Assembly (NCBI GenBank): GCA_028826165.1
Contig: JAPDFW010000059.1
Span: 1,736,001-1,800,000 of the forward strand
Reading direction: 5' to 3'
Length of the DNA stretch: 64,000 bases
Source: Anaeramoeba ignava BMAN
Taxonomy: Eukaryota > Protista > Anaeramoebae
Position numbers and translations under genes: made by a program. Numbering within the stretch: the first letter of the stretch is position 1; every line of letters begins with the position of its first letter. Positions 28,001 through 39,672 of this stretch are shown here, one piece after another. The notes below the pieces were generated by a model that made no database searches, had not been told where the DNA came from, and was given only the letters and a program-made list of their open reading frames with translations.

Positions 28001-31000
28001 TTGATTTTAAATTGATTTTTAAATTGATTTTTTAAATTGATTTTTTAAATTGGATTTTAAATTGGTTTTTAAATTGATTTTTAAATTGATTTTTAAATTG
28101 ATTTTAAATTTTTTTAAATTGGTTTTAAAATTATTTTTAAATTTTAAATTGATTTTAAATTGATTTTTAAATTGGTTTTAAATTGGTTTTTAAATTGATT
28201 TTAAATTGATTTTTAAATTGGTTTTAAATTGGTTTTAAATTGATTTTAAATTGATTTTAAATTGGATTTTAAATTGGTTTTAAATTGATTTTAAATTGAT
28301 TTTAAATTGGTTTTTAAATTGATTTTAAATTGATTTTAAATTGATTTTTAAATTGATTTTAAATTGGTTTTAAATTGATTTTAAATTGATTTTTAAATTG
28401 GTTTTAAATTGATTTTAAATTGATTTTAAATTTGGTTTTTAAATTGATTTTTAAATTGATTTTAAATTGATTTTAAATTGATTTTAAATTGGTTTTTAAA
28501 TTGATTTTAAATTGATTTTAAATTGATTTTAAATTGATTTTAAATTGATTTTTAAATTGGTTTTAAATTGGTTTTAAATTGATTTTTAAATTGATTTTAA
28601 ATTGATTTTAAATTGATTTTAAATTGATTTTAAAATTGTTTTTAAATTGATTTTAAAATTTTTTAAATTGATTTTAAATTGGTTTTGATTTTAAATTGGT
28701 TTTTTTGATTTTAAATTGATTTTAAATTGATTTTAAATTTTTTTAAATTTTTTAAATTGATTTTAAATTGATTTTAAATTGGTTTTTTTAAATTGATTTT
28801 TTTAAATTGGTTTTTAAATTGATTTTTAAATTGGTTTTAAATTGATTTTAAATTTTGATTTTTAAATTGATTTTAAATTGATTTTAAATTGGTTTTTAAA
28901 TTGATTTTAAATTTTTTTTAAATGATTTTTTTTTTAAATTGATTTTTAAATTTTAAATTGATTTTAAATTGATTTTAAAAATTGATTTTTAAATTGGTTT
29001 TAAATTGATTTTAAAAATTGATTTTAAATTGATTTTAAATTGGTTTTAAATTGATTTTAAATTGGTTTTAAATTGATTTTAAATTGATTTTAAATTGGTT
29101 TTAAATTGATTTTAAATTGATTTTAAATTGTTTTTAAATTGATTTTAAATTTATTTTAAATTGATTTTAAATTGATTTTAAAATTTTTTGTGATTTTTAA
29201 ATTGATTTTAAATTGGGGGGATTTTTTAAAATTGGTTTTAAATTGATTTTTAAATTGATTTTAAATTGATTTTAAATTGATTTTAAATTGGTTTTAAATT
29301 GATTTTAAATTGATTTTAAATTGGTTTTTAAATTGATTTTAAATTGGTTTTAAATTGGTTTTTAAATTGATTTTAAATTGATTTTAAATTGGTTTTAAAT
29401 TGATTTTAAATTGATTTTAAATTGGTTTTTAAATTGATTTTAAATTGGTTTTTAAAAAATTGGTTTTAAATTGATTTTTTTAAATTGGTTTTAAATTGAT
29501 TTTAAATTGGTTTTTAAATGGTTTTAAATTGATTTTAAATTGGATTTTAAATTGGTTTTAAATTGGTTTTAAATTGGTTTTAAATTGATTTTAAATTGAT
29601 TTTAAATTGGATTTTAAATTGGTTTTTAATTGGTTTTAAATTGGATTTTAAATTGGATTTTTAAATTGATTTTAAATTGATTTTGAACTAATTTTCGTGT
29701 TAGATTTATCCACTCTTTTGCATTTTTTCGGAATTGTTTGAATTTATTAGTTTTCCACCCCTTTTTATTTGGATTTTAATCGAGTTTATTGTAGTTAAAA
29801 TGTAGGATTATTGATTTTTTTGTAGAAATGATATTAAAAAGTGGAAATAATTGGATATTTTTCGGAAATCTTTTTGCAAAATGAGAAGCGAAAAGATTGG
29901 CATGCAATCGAATTAAAAATGAAAACCGAAAATGAATGAGTTCAAATATTTTATATTTCCAAGAAGGGAAATGAAAAATGAAAAATGAAAAATAAGCTAA
30001 CAAAGCCAACAGAAAAAAATTTTTTTTATCATTTTTTATCATTTTTTTTCTTCTTTTTTAAGTTTTGTATGCAAAATCGATCAAATTGCTGGTTTTCAAG
30101 CGCCAATAACTATATAGAACATATATATTCAGAAAAGAGTTATGGAGGTGTTCAAGTATGTGCTAGCTGTTGGGCAAAACTAATCAAAAAGGTATTAAAA
30201 AATTTTCCTGTTCAGATAAAAATGAATATCACAACGAAAAATAGCAATCATCTCGATTTTTGAGGGAAGCATGAATGAAACTTTTTTTTTCATGTATTCA
30301 TGCCTCTTCATCACTTTTTGTTTTTCAAAATCAAGAAATAAATGAAAAACCAAAATTCAATTTTTTGATTCTTAATGAAAAAGGGTTGGATTTCCCATGA
30401 ATTTTAATAATGATCTAAGTTGATTTTTCTTGAAAAAAAATACGCAAAACAATGGCCATTGGGGAATCAATAAATAAAAATATGAGAGGGAGAAAGAAAA
30501 CAACCAGGAGAAAAAAAAATTTTTTTTCATAAATAACAAAAAAATATTAAAATATAAGTTCAATCTAACCAAAACTCATTTATACTAAAAATTTTTACTT
30601 TTTTATTTATTTAGTTAAAAGAAAATGAAAAACTAAAACAATTGGAAAAATGCCAAGCTGATCTGGAAAAGGCCAAAGAAAAAATCATATGGTTAAAAGG
30701 AGAATTAAGAAAAAATAAATATCAAAAAAACGAAAAAATCAAAGAAAATAAGCGCCTCGATAGACAAATTGAAATAAAAACTAATTATAGTAAAAAGCTC
30801 CTCGAAACCAAAAAAAAATTATCGGAAAAAAACCAAGATCTTAAAAAAAAAAAAAAAAAAATCGCAAATGAATTGGAGAAAACAAAAAAAGAAATTGGAA
30901 CAACAGAAAACCCCTTGATCGTGGAGTTACGACAAGAAAAAGACAAAAGAATGTATGAAGATTCTTATAGTAAGATTGTTTCACAAGTTGCTTGTTTCAC

Positions 31001-34000
31001 ACTTTCTCAAACGGCTGCTGCGGAAAGTATGAAGGCTTTCTTGTATTGGATTGAGGATTTTTTATTTGAGAAATATAAATTCTCAATAAATATCGAACCC
31101 AAAACGTTACACGCCCAAACCGTAGCGGAATTTATCAAAGACTCAGCTTTCAAATTAGACCTTGTAACAAAAGAGGCTTTGAGAAGAACAAAATATTGGG
31201 CAATTGCCGTGGATGAAACAAAACGATACCAAATTCGTTTACTTGCAATTGTAATTTGGATAAGAGCGACAAAACAAAATAATGAAAATAATGAAAATGA
31301 AAATAATGAAAATAATGAAAATAATGAAAATAATGAAAATAATGAAAATAATGAAAATGAAAATATTATTGAAAATAATGAAAATGAAAATATTATTGAA
31401 AATAATGAAAATGAAAATAATATTGAAAATAATGAAAATGAAAATAATATTGAAAATAATAAAAATAATATTGAAAATAATATTGAAAATAATGAAAATG
31501 AAAATAATATTGAAAATAATATTGAAAATAATATTGAAAATAATATTGAAAATGAAAATAATATTGAAAGTAATATTGAAAATAATGAAAATAATGAAAA
31601 TAACGATCCAAATAAAAAAATTAAAAAAACTTTGTGGAAAAGAGGAAAAAAAAAGTTTTTCATGGTATCAAGAAAAATGGTACCCAGAGTTATTGCTGTA
31701 TGTGAAATATCAAAGGGGGATGCGAAAGCCATTTTTAACAAAATAACAAAGGCTATAGAAGAAATTATGAAACAAGGAATGAATAATGATGAGACTCTAG
31801 ATCTCAATGATATTTATGCCAAATGCACTTATTTCTTATCAGATAATTGTGTAACAATGATTGGAAAACTTGGTGGTCTCGCCAAACTGATAGGAGATTA
31901 TATAAATTCAATTAAAAATAATGAAAGTTTTTTACAAGTTGGGTGTTTAGAGCATCAGGGAAATCTGATTTATGCTCATTTTTCGTTGACCATTTTTCCT
32001 TCTGATTCTCGACAAATGAACAAATTTTTCAAATTAGCTCAGCTTACTTCTACTCAACTGAATAAAAATGGAGCTTTTCAGGCCTGGTTATTATTAAAAT
32101 TTGAAACCAGAAATCTTGAAGGACCTCGTGTTTCCGCTACAAGATTTGGGACTGAAGCCATTCAATTTTGTTCTTTGTTGTCGTTTTACCCGAATATGAT
32201 TGAGTGGGTGGAAGAGAATACGGACACGAAATCAGATGAGATTCTTGAACTCTTGTTAGATTATAAGTTTTCATTTTCTGTTTTGATTATCGGTATCTCG
32301 TGGCTCGTTTGGTATGGGTCATTTATTACTCAGATCAATCAAGAGATGAAAGTATGTGAATTGGAGAATATTATCAATGAATTAATTGGTCAAGGAGAAA
32401 AAATCGCAAATATTGAAGAAAATTTTTTCGATAAATTTGTGGGCATGTTCAAAAACACTAAAAAAGTGGAAAAAGAAGTTGGAATATTAAAAGCACTTTG
32501 GGATGAAGGAGAAATGAAATTAAAGAAATTGAGAAAAGAAAAAAATATGGAATACGATAAATTGGAAATTGAAAGAAAAATAGTCTGTACATTTGGCCAA
32601 AAATTTTCAGGAGTTTTTAAGGATTTTTCAAAAAATCTGATCCAAATGCCTGACTTAGTGGATAAAAATCAACTGATTGTACCATCCAACAAATTTGTAG
32701 AAGGGATTTTTTCAAATTGTGAAAGGCAGATGAGTAAAGGCCTGCATATGAAAAATAAAAATTTAGATAGCGCTCTCAAAAATAGCCAGTATCACCGTGA
32801 TCAAAAAGACGGGATATTTACCGATTTGTACGACACTGTAGAAAAAAATTCGGGAAGGAAATCAAGAAATAAGATGAGAAGACAAAGTGAGGATTCACAA
32901 GTTTTTTTAGAAAGGGATAAAATAAATGAGGAAAAATTAAAAATTCAAATGGAAAAAGAAAAGGAAAATGTCAGGAAGATAGCAAATTCTCAAAAAGGTC
33001 AAAACTCAAAAGATAAGAATCAACAAAAGATGCCCAAATCTCAAAAAATGGAGAAGAAAAAAAGAAAAGAGAATTCTGACGCCCTTGGTTTGGACCAACT
33101 CAATGACCAAATTAATGAATTTAGTTCTCAAATAGGAAGAAGACGAATAACCCGCTCTTTCTCTCAATCCCAAAGAACTTTAGCAATCACTGAGAGCAAG
33201 AAGGAATCCACAAATAATTTGTGAGCATTTTAAACACTCTGAGTTTCCATTCAAGGCTCAAAAAAGAAAGAGGAATGCCTGATTAAGATTTCTTGATCTT
33301 CTTGGCAATTTTGAATCGAAAACAGTGAATAACCCAGAGAATGAGATTCGTTGCTTCATTGAAGGAATAATCTTGGCGTAAAGAAATGGTTATAAGACGA
33401 TTAGATTGTAAAAAAGATCAAGAGAAAATTCTGATAATTGAAATGAAATCTACTCATAGTTTCACTTCCCACCTTGAATTCGCAACTCCACATGCTATAA
33501 TGAGAATCATCAAATCAGCTATCCAATAATCCATCTCAATCATCCGATAGAACCTTTTTCGTCTCACAAAAATTATGCTGAATCTCCCCAAAAGAAAATT
33601 CTCTTCTCCAAAAGTAATTCTTTAGAGAAGGAAAAAAATATTCAATGTTTTTGAGTTTACATCCTGGAATCAGAAGATGAAATTAGCAAATGAGATTCAT
33701 AAAAAAGGATTTCCTTGAGATTCAAAGCAGCATCACTTTATCAAATCAATATCAAAAAAGGCTCAAGTTCATCTGAATTGCCCCTCTCAGCAATTGATCA
33801 TTCATGACTAGTCGTGTAATCCCATAAATGGACATATGAGGGTCTTGTATAATGGAAAATAAAAGATTTTTTTGAAACAATATTGCTTGCCAATAGTCCA
33901 CTCAAGGTACTACTGAAAAAAAAAATAAAACAAGAATATTTCTTCCTAATTAGAAAGTATTTTTCCAGGATATACAGCCAAAAGCCAATAATTCATTGAT

Positions 34001-37000
34001 TCAAATCTTCTCAATTGTCTTAAAGGGATGATAGATGAAAAAAAATGTAATTCATTTTTATTAAAGGAAAAATGGTGATGGGAGAACTCTTTATCAGATG
34101 TAATGCAATTCACAGTGAATTATTCTTCGTTTAAAAAAAGATTATGTCCTTTAATGCTTGATGAAAATGTAGTTAAAATACAAGCAACCTGCTAATATAA
34201 TTCCAAGAAAATGTTCAAATAAAGGAAAGAGGTGTTATCTATTGAAGAAGATGAAAAGGTATTTTTTTTATCCAATATCATTCACTACTCCTACTTGGTA
34301 CAAATCTGTCTTCGTTTTGAGAATTGAAAAATGGAGAACCTCATGTTTCATAACTAATCAAGTCTCCCAATTTAAACAGAAAACAATGAATTTGGGGATT
34401 TCCTCATTTCAGATGAGATATTCCTTTTTCTAAAATGTCAATTTCCCCCCTTATTATTAATCAACTTTGTTACAAGCGACTTGTTTAATCCCAAATTTTC
34501 TGGGATATACAAAAATTCAGAAAATTGCCATTAAGATGAAAATATTTTTTTAGATGGAAACCAATAATATATAGCACTTTGACCCTTCGACTACTTGATT
34601 CTTTGACTCTTTGACCCTTTTACTCTTTTACTCTTTGATTCTTTGATTCTTTGATTCTTTGATTCTTTTATTCTTTTATTCTTTGATTCTTTGATTCTTT
34701 GATTCTTTGATTCTTTGATTCTTTGATTCTTTGATTCTTTGATTCTTTTACTCTTTGGTTCTTTGATTCTTTGACTCTTTAATTCTTTGATTCTTTGATT
34801 CTTTGATTCTTTGATTCTTTGATTCTTTGATTCTTTGATTCTTTGATTCTTTGATTCTTTGATTCTTTGATTCTTTGATTCTTTGATTCTTTGATTCTTT
34901 GATTCTTTAATTCTTTTACTCTTTGACTCTTTGATTCTTTGATTCTTTGATTCTTTTACTCTTTGACTCTTTGACTCTTTGATTCTTTGATTCTTTGATT
35001 CTTTTGATTCTTTTACTCTTTGATTCTTTGACTCTTTGATTCTTTGATTCTTTTGACTCTTTGATTCTTTGATTCTTTGATTCTTTAATTCTTTTATTCT
35101 TTAATTCTTTGATTCTTTGATTCTTTGATTCTTTGATTCTTTGATTCTTTGATTCTTTGACTCTTTGATTCTTTGATTCTTTGACTCTTTGATTCTTTGA
35201 TTCTTTTGATTCTTTGATTCTTTGATTCTTTGATTCTTTGATTCTTTGATTATTTGATTCTTTTGATTCTTTGATTCTTTGATTCTTTGACTCTTTGATT
35301 CTTTGACTCTTTGATTCTTTGACTCTTTGATTCTTTAATTCTTTGATTCTTTGATTCTTTTACTCTTTGATTCTTTGATTCTTTGATTCTTTGATTCTTT
35401 GATTCTTTGATTCTTTGATTCTTTGATTCTTTGATTCTTTGATTCTTTTACTCTTTGACTCTTTGACTCTTTAATTCTTTGATTCTTTGATTCTTCGATT
35501 CTTTGACTCTTTGATTCTTTGACTTTTTGATTATTTTATTTTTTAATTCTTTGACTCTTTGATTCTTTGATTCTTTGACTCTTTGACTCTTTGATTCTTT
35601 GATTCTTTGATTCTTTGATTCTTTACTCTTTGATTCTTTGATTCTTTGATTCTTTGACTCTTTGATTCTTTGATTCTTTGATTCTTTGATTCTTTGATTC
35701 TTTGATTCTTTGATTCTTTGATTCTTTGATTCTTTGATTCTTTTGACTCTTTGATTCTTTGATTCTTTTGATTCTTTTGATTCTTTTGACTCTTTGATTC
35801 TTTTGATTCTTTGATTCTTTTGATTCTTTGATTCTTTGATTCTTTGACTCTTTGATTATTTGATTCTTTGATTCTTTTACTCTTTGACTCTTTGATTCTT
35901 TGATTCTTTGATTCTTTGATTCTTTGATTCTTTGATTCTTTGATTCTTTGATTCTTTGATTCTTTGATTCTTTGATTCTTTGACTCTTTGATTCTTTGAT
36001 TCTTTGATTCTTTGACTCTTTGATTATTTTTGATTTTTATTCTTTGATTCTTTGATTCTTTTATTCTTTGACTCTTTGATTCTTTGACTCTTTGATTATT
36101 TGATTCTTCGATTCTTTGACTCTTTGACTCTTTGATTCTTTGACTCTTTAATTCTTTGATTATTCGATTCTTTTACTCTTTGACTCTTTGATTCTTTGAC
36201 TCTTTGATTCTTTGATTCTTTTACTCTTTGACTCTTTGATTCTTTTACTCTTTGACTCTTTGATTAATTCTTTGATTCTTTCGATTCTTTTACTCTTTGA
36301 CTCTTTGACTCTTTGATTCTTTGACTCTTTGATTCTTTGATTCTTTGACTTTTTGATTATTTTATTTTTTAATTCTTTGACTCTTTGATTCTTTTACTCT
36401 TTGACTCTTTGACTCTTTGACTCTTTGATTATTTGATTCTTCGATTCTTTTACTCTTTGACTCTTTGATTCTTTGACTCTTTGATTCTTTGATTATTTTA
36501 TTTTTTAATTCTTTGACTCTTTAATTCTTTGACTCTTTAATTCTTTGACTCTTTGATTCTTTCACTCTTTGACTCTTTAATTCTTTGACTCTTTGATTCT
36601 TCGATTCTTTGACTCTTTGACTCTTTGATTATTTGACTCTTTGATTATTTTATTTTTTAATTCTTTGATTTCGGAAATTTGTCTCAATGGATGAGTGAGT
36701 GAAAGGGCGAGTAAGTAAGTGAGTAAGGGAAAGGGTTGGTGAGTAAGTGAGCAAGGGAAAGGGTGAGCGAGATCGGGTTCTGTTCCAAATTTGTTTCGGA
36801 ATAGGGGAATTTCAAGGTTTGGGTTTGAATTTTGAAAATTTCCATTTGAAAAGATTCATTTTTTTTTTGTTTGGGGAAGTTAGTGATTATTTTGAAATTT
36901 GTTTTTTTTTGAGATTCTAAAAGGAAGGTGGATCGAAATTTCATAAATCAGAACAAGACCCTCTCTAAACCCCAATTTATGAACGATTTTTTCAAAAGCA

Positions 37001-39592
37001 TTCGTGCATTTTTTTTCTCCAAAACGATATTACTCCTGTTTATATCTTTGAGACCACCAATGAATTCCAATTTTCCTTTGAGTTGTATTAACAAATTTCT
37101 TTTCGCATCCCCTAAATTCATCTGGCAATTGCCCAATATTTATTACAAGAAATTAAATTGCGAACTTTGTGCATAATTGATTTGAAAAGAAAAAAAGAAA
37201 AAAAAAGAAAAAAACCAAAATTTGGGTACATTCTTGGGTATTCTTTGTAACTCTTTCTGATGAATATGCTTTTTCAAAAAACAAATCTTTCATCTTTTTC
37301 TTTTTCTTTTTTTTGTTTTTGTTTTTGTTTTTGTTTTTGTTTTTGTTTTTGTTTTTGTTTTTGTTTTTGTTTTTGTTTTTGTTTTTCTCAATCAATAAAG
37401 TTTGCGAAAACCTTTTTTTAACCAACTCAAAAAAGCATTTTGAAAAAACTCACAATTTGAAAGAGAAGATCAAATGAAAAAACATTTTTCTTGATCAGAG
37501 AAAACAAAACGAACACTTTTTTGGGAAAATATAATTGGAGGATATTATAAATTTTGGTAATTTGGGAATAAATGATGGAAAAAGAGATCCAAAAAGCAAA
37601 AAGAAGTTCCTTCAAATATAAAAAAAATCAATAAAGGAAACAAGGAATTTGAACCAAAAAGTCAAAATTTAACACAAAGATAAAAAATTTAAAATTAATT
37701 CTGTTGTAAAATGATTGCTCTCATTACGGAAAAGAACATGATCCAACTTTGTGATTTTTTTTCCAAATAGAAAGGAAAAATGTACCGAAAGAAGAGTAAA
37801 ATCAAAAACAAGAAAAACTTTTCTTTTTGGTTGTTGATAAATACACCAGAAAAGATATGAATTTATAAACAAAGAGATGAATCAAAAAAAAAAGTAAGTG
37901 ATTTATAAATGAAAAAAAAAAGGAGAAAAATTAAAAATTCTTTAATTAATTTTTTTTGTTGTTAATGCGAATTTTTCTAATTCAAAAATTTTTTCTTTTA
38001 AAAAAAAAAATTTCACTAGATATTCCTTGCTTTAAAATTTTATTATAAATTTTGTTATAAATTTTGTTATAAATTTTGTTTTAAATTTTGTTATAAATTT
38101 TGTTTTAAATTTTATTATAAATTTTATTATAAATTTTGTTATAAATTTTATTATAAATTTTGTTATAAATTTTATTATAAATTTTATTTTAAATTTTATT
38201 ATAAATTTTATTATAAATTTTATTATAAATTTTGTTTTAAATTTTATTATAAATTTTATTATAAATTTTATTATAAATTTTGTTTTAAATTTTATTATAA
38301 ATTTTATTATAAATTTTGTTATAAATTTTATTATAAATTTTGTTATAAATTTTATTATAAATTTTTGTTATAAATTTTGTTTTAAATTTTTGTTATAAAT
38401 TTTATTTTAAATTTTGTTATAAATTTTGTTATAAATTTTATTATAAATTTTTGTTTTAAATTTTGTTATAAATTTTATTATAAATTTTGTTTTAAATTTT
38501 TATTTTAAATTGTTTTAAATTTTATTTTAAATTTTATTATAAATTTTATTATAAATTTTATTATAAATTTTGTTATAAATTTTATTATAAATTTTATTTT
38601 AAATTTTATTATAAATTTTATTATAAATTTTATTATAAATTTTATTATAAATTTTATTATAAATTTTATTATAAATTTTATTATAAATTTTAATTATAAA
38701 TTTTATTTTTAAATTTTATTATAAATTTTATTATAAATTTTATTATAAATTTTGTTATAAATTTTATTATAAATTTTATTATAAATTTTATTATAAATTT
38801 TATTATAAATTTTATTATAAATTTTATTATAAATTTTATTATAAATTTTATTATAAATTTTGTTATAAATTTTATTATAAATTTTATTATAAATTTTATT
38901 ATAAATTTTATTATAAATTTTATTATAAATTTTGTTATAAATTTTTTATTATAAATTTTATTATAAATTTTATTATAAATTTTGTTATAAATTTTATTAT
39001 AAATTTTATTATAAATTTTATTATAAATTTTATTATAAATTTTATTATAAATTTTATTATAAATTTTATTTTAAATTTTGTTATAAATTTTGTTATAAAT
39101 TTTGTTATAAATTTTATTATAAATTTAATTATAAATTTTGTTTTTAAATTTTGTTATGAATTTTATTATAAATTTTGTTATAAATTTTATTATAAATTTT
39201 TATTATAAATTTTGTTATAAATTTTATTTTAAATTTTATTATAAATTTTGTTTTAAATTTTGTTATAAATTTTATTTTGAATTTTGTTATAAATTTTATT
39301 ATAAATTTTATTATAAATTTTATTATAAATTTTATTATAAATTTTATTATAAATTTTGTTTTAAATTTTATTATAAATTTTGTTATAAATTTTGTTATAA
39401 ATTTTGTTATAAATTTTGTTATAAATTTTGTTTTAAATTTTATTATAAATTTTATTATAAATTTTGTTATAAATTTTGTTTTAAATTTTGTTATAAATTT
39501 TATTTTAAATTTTGTTATAAATTTTATTTTAAATTTTTACCAACTGCTCCTAAAATCATTGATGCTCGATAATTTTCAACTAAATCTTCCAT
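19023..39592 (-). CDS. ADP-ribosylarginine hydrolase-like (ARH1/ADP-ribosylglycohydrolase). Exons 39592-39541, 20911-20766, 20540-20158, 19695-19023
   Basis: Spliced product [18 protein letters not shown]|[12 protein letters not shown]...VSDDT|VMMIAT...GRAPG...GCGAA|MR...THNNP...GHDAP...GDSDS. All three GT..AG introns are phase-consistent. Intron 1 is 20912-39540. Confidence 0.92.
19710..20140. repeat. (TTTTAA)n microsatellite in ARH intron 3; a similar tract is in intron 2 (about 20560-20750)
   Basis: Direct hexamer repeats. Confidence 0.9.
20917..21316. repeat. 12-bp (ATAAATTTTATT)n intron minisatellite, left part
   Basis: Same unit as 38035-39538, interrupted by the transposon. Confidence 0.9.
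21876..21959. other. GC-rich hairpin (inverted repeat) inside the transposon left arm
   Basis: GAAAGGTTCGAATGATTGACA pairs with TGTCATCATCCGAACCTTTC, plus inner GTCA/TGAC and GCGC-A-CGC/GCG-GCGC stems. Confidence 0.8.
22232..29685. repeat. About 7.4 kb satellite of 11-12 bp units (TTTTAAATTGA/TTTTAAATTGG) inside the transposon
   Basis: Continuous tandem array; noisy homopolymers. Confidence 0.95.
30069..33224 (+). CDS. hAT-like DDE transposase. Exon1 30069-30191, exon2 30615-33224 (about 910 aa)
   Basis: WAIAVDET (D1), [16 protein letters not shown] (D2), CLEH (CxxH), TRF and [11 protein letters not shown] (E). A phase-0 GT..AG intron joins a C/H/CxxC exon in frame. Confidence 0.82.
31278..31603 (+). 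repeat. N/E-encoding microsatellite inserted in the transposase core
   Basis: (AATAATGAA/AATATTGAA)n in frame. Confidence 0.9.
34577..36670. repeat. About 2.1 kb 8-bp satellite (CTTTGATT/CTTTGACT)n inside the transposon
   Basis: Tandem array. Confidence 0.95.
36775..37293 (-). pseudogene. Inverted, internally deleted relic of the element's own transposase core
   Basis: Colinear reverse-complement matches to about 31053-32159, including an 18-nt exact AAATATTGGGCAATTGCC. Confidence 0.75.
38035..39538. repeat. 12-bp (ATAAATTTTATT)n intron minisatellite, right part
   Basis: Tandem array up to the ARH exon1 donor at 39540. Confidence 0.93.
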
Positions 39593-39672
39593 TATAATTT
39601 TAAAAAAAATTAAAAAAGGAAAAAAATGAAAATTATTTTTTTAAATTTTTTTTTTTCATTTTTTATTTCAAA

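Larger units (their letters stand above)
21317..38034 (+). mobile_element. 16.7-kb hAT-like DNA transposon in ARH intron 1
   Basis: Termini TAAAGCAAGGAATAT...ATATTCCTTGCTTTA are a 15-bp perfect IR, imperfect to about 100 bp (including TTCGCATTARCAACAAAAAAA). 8-bp direct repeat AAATTTTA at 21309-21316 and 38035-38042. Internal DDE transposase. Confidence 0.9.

Noticed and set aside
22232-29685. CRISPR-like or telomeric array, including TTAGGGTTAAGG near 26053
   Set aside because: No unique spacers; the lone telomere-like word sits in noisy satellite sequence.
36948-37293. Small independent spliced gene in the transposon right arm
   Set aside because: The candidate splice hits a stop right after KYWAIAR; the region is better explained as the inverted transposase relic.
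21313-38035. Kolobok/piggyBac (TTAA) or TA-target assignment for the transposon
   Set aside because: The left flank reads ATAA, not TTAA. The 8-bp duplication restores the satellite register, and the motifs fit hAT better.
39138-39597. ORFs of FYYK / NFII repeats
   Set aside because: Translations of the 12-bp intron satellite.
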